Assembly: GCF_009914755.1 (NCBI RefSeq)
Contig: NC_060927.1
Direction: 5' to 3' (one strand)
Length of the DNA stretch: 64,000 bases
Source of the DNA: the human T2T-CHM13v2.0 reference genome, Homo sapiens
Shown here: positions 60,710-64,000 of the stretch, piece after piece
Layout: the number at the start of each line of letters is the position of its first letter
How positions within the stretch are numbered: the first letter of the stretch is position 1
Notes under the pieces: model-generated
Told to the model about the DNA's origin: nothing
The model's input: the letters and a program-made list of their open reading frames with translations, nothing else
Databases searched by the model: none
Program-made: the position numbers and the translations under genes

Positions 60710-60812
60710 TGGGGTGACAACTGTATTCCTGTTTGCATGGGACTTCCCCAGTTTTAGCACTGAAAGTCTAGCCTCCCCTTTTAGTTCCAGGAAAAGTGAG
60801 ACAGTTACCTCT
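60710..60812. mobile_element. MER81-like hAT MITE
   Basis: gggtgacaac...gtttgcatgggacttccccagttttagcactgaaagtc. Confidence 0.65.
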
Positions 60813-63149
60813 TTCAACAAAACTCAATGTTACTAATTTAAAAACACCCCAAGTTCACATTTTGTAAATAGTTGTCTCTCTTCAGATTTGTAATACACTC
60901 CAGAAAAACATTTTTTAATATACTCAAATTAAAACACATTTAAGACCAGAATGGAAATTACATGAGTATTATGTCAGAAAAGTCTGGTAGCAGAAAGACT
61001 AATTTGCATTGGCATTTATAATAGAGAAAATTTACATATTGTGAAATTAAAAGTAAAGATTTTTTTTAAAGTATATATGGAAATCTGCCTAAAATATGTT
61101 AATCTGAGAATAGTGAAGAATAGAATTGCTTCTACAGCTGAGATTTGTTATTGTTTTTATATTTGAATTGTATTTATTGGAATAAGTATATGAAGTACAA
61201 AAGTTCAAAAGAAACAAAAAGTACACATACAATGAAACGTCTCCCACATTTTCTAGACAACCACACAAACAGTTGTTATTTCTAATATTTCTGTCCAGAA
61301 ATATTCTATGCAAAAAAAGTAAATAAATGGAATTTTTACAGAGTAAAATGATAATTACTAAGATGAAGTTGGAGGAGGAGACCTAACTTGGTGCCACAGC
61401 TGGAAAAGGCCTGCCCTGTGGGCTGACTGCAGAGTTGAACGGTAGGTGTTAGTCAAACTAGAAAGACCAGAAAGAACAAAGGCACGGGGTAGAGGCAGCT
61501 TGGAGCATTCAGGGAACTGTAAGCAGTTCAGAAGGGTCAGAGCTAAGGGGACAAAAACAGTGGGGACAGTGGGAGATTAATGTGGAGAGACAGGCAGGGC
61601 CAGCAAATATGCTTTCTTTCAGTATGAAAGCGCAAGTTTCGTCTTAAATTAGTGTGAACCAAAGAAAAGCAGATTAAGTCTCTACCAGGAGTCCAAAAAC
61701 AAAAAAAAAAAATACAGTAAAAGGCAGTTCTCTTGTTGCCAAGCCTAGTTTGGTCCAACTGCTGGATAATGTGTTAATGACACACTGTGGAGGAGGGGGA
61801 AGGTATCCACATAGAAGACAAAACTGAGTATTCTCCAAGACTGATGTCCATCTCTATCAAGTGAATCATAAGCAAGGCTCTGACAAAGGTAGATATTAGG
61901 GGAAATTATTTTAGCAAGAATGCTTACTTCCCCCTAAACTGCCTTGACAAGCTCTGAAGGTCATTAGATCACTGGGAAGTACTGCTTTTTAAAACACTCA
62001 TCAGCCCTGCCTCCTGCAATCATAGTGCAGCCGATGTCATAGCTGTGAGCTTTTAGAAGGCTTTCTCTATGGCTGAAACACTATGGGAGAACCTTAAGAA
62101 ACACTGTCCTCACTAGCGCATTCCCTCTGCATGTCCATGGACTTCTGGCAACTGTAAACATATTTCTGTTGCTGAGCCAATAAATAGGAACTCTTTTTCT
62201 AGAGAGAATGACTTGCACCATTGCATAGTAATTTCTAAGAAATAAAAGAAAGAAATTTCAATCAGTGCAAGACAGGAGTTCCCTTACCTGGCTCTATATT
62301 AGAATCGTCTTGAGAACTTAAAAGAGAAAAAAAAGATTCTGACCTTGACTTACCAAGTCAGAAAGAGGGATTGGTGATAAAGGAGTCATCTTTAAAAAAA
62401 AAAAATACCTCTGGGATTATTTATACTGATCAACCAGATCTGGGAGATTTCATCTGCTAATCCAGAATGGGGCAGAGTCTTCAAACAATCTTTTGTAATC
62501 ATAAAACTCGTATCAAATGAGCCTGACTGCATTGAGACTGTTGAAAGGTTTCTAATGACAGGTTGTAAGACTCTTTAACTCCCTGGCAATTTGTTAGTCT
62601 CCGTAACAGAGGAAATGGCCAGTGGAGAAGAAAGTCCTTATAGAAACCCATTGGTGATGGGTCATTTAACCATATTGGTGTACCTTAATGCAGTAGATGT
62701 GTTCCAGAAAAAAGAGTGAATAAATGAAATTTTTATAAATGGAATTTTTTTTTAAGTATATGAAGAGCCTTAGAGATTTAAAGCGTTCTTCAGGGGCCTT
62801 TTTCAAATCACCGCTTTATTTTAAAAGTAATACATGCTCGGGGTTAAAAAAAAAATTCACACACAATAGAGAAAAAAGTAATGAGATGTAATAGTCACTT
62901 CTTCTCCTTCCAACTCCTCCCACATAATAAACTTAACCCTTACTTGTTTCCCAGCCATTTTCACTGCATATTCCTTGATGATTTTATAAAACCTGTTTGT
63001 TATTTTTTTCTCTATCAAAGCATTATAGACACCACCCGTTAGGAAATACAGAGCCCCCTCATTCTTGCAATGGCAGAATGGATGTACCATGATATGTAAT
63101 ATCTATGGTCTATGTAACTATTCCTCTTCTTACAGAAATTTAGGTGATT

Positions 63150-63480
63150 TCTTCTCTCTCTGTTTCTCTCTCTCTCTCTCTCTCTGTCACACACACACAC
63201 ACACACACACACCCCATCCTGGTAAATATATCCTTAGAAATATATCTTTTTATATTTTATATATATTTATATATAATATATATTTATATATTTATTTATA
63301 TTTATATATTTATTTATATTTATATATTTTTATATTTTATATATTGTAGATATATATAATTAAATAATATATAATAATATATATGTTATTATATGTATAT
63401 AGAATATATAAATAATATGTAATATATATAAATAAATATATATGTAAATATATATATAGGATAATATATAGAATACCTAT
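63150..63480. repeat. (TC)n-(CA)n microsatellite followed by AT-rich low-complexity tract, within an L1ME-like remnant
   Basis: Direct reading. Confidence 0.9.
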
Positions 63481-63674
63481 AGAATAATTTCCCAGGAGTA
63501 AAATTGCTGGGTAAGAGTATGTGCATGTCAAATTTGGCAGGCATTCTCAAAGCATATTCTCCAAAAAAGTATACCAACTTCCAATCCCAACAACAGTGTA
63601 TGACATTCCCTACATTCCCACTTCCTCATCCCCTCTCTATATTATCATATGCTTCATCTTGGTCAGTCTTATCA

Positions 63675-63990
<316 letters not shown>

Positions 63991-64000
63991 GAAAATGTAT

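Noticed and set aside
60538-62653. Two short plus-strand open segments after CAG acceptors (LMSNQLLKDEERAVKPGL at ~60538-60593; EMASGEESPYRNPL at ~62610-62653)
   Set aside because: Mediocre splice signals and no recognisable homology; such matches are expected by chance in 64 kb

Overview
This is primate genomic DNA, most likely human because it carries an AluYa5-lineage element. It is AT-rich, has no CpG island and is dominated by interspersed repeats. These include about 40 Alu/FLAM copies, two near full-length Tigger1 DNA transposons, one full-length but dead L1PA13-like LINE nested in an older L1M, several L1M 3' fragments, MaLR/ERVL solo LTRs, hAT and mariner MITEs, MIR/L2 fragments and microsatellites. 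I could not support any protein-coding exon, RNA gene or CRISPR-like array. The recognisable ORFs are decayed Tigger1 transposase, L1 ORF1/ORF2 or Alu read-through; the rest resemble nothing I know. The window is therefore intronic or intergenic, and I cannot name the locus. I found no new gene system. The most unusual signals are DNA repair and rearrangement scars. (1) A 66-bp near-identical copy of sequence from 7.8 kb upstream sits inside a MIR, flanked on both sides by perfect fold-back palindromes. (2) A head-to-head Alu pair has lost one arm, with an inverted filler in its place. (3) A ~190-bp local copy preserves the empty pre-insertion site of the full-length L1. (4) Two inverted L1PA copies share private-looking variants. 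(5) A very young AluYa4/Ya5-type insertion has a perfect TSD. Subfamily names come from my memory of consensus sequences and identities were counted by eye, so both need confirmation with RepeatMasker/Dfam and alignment.
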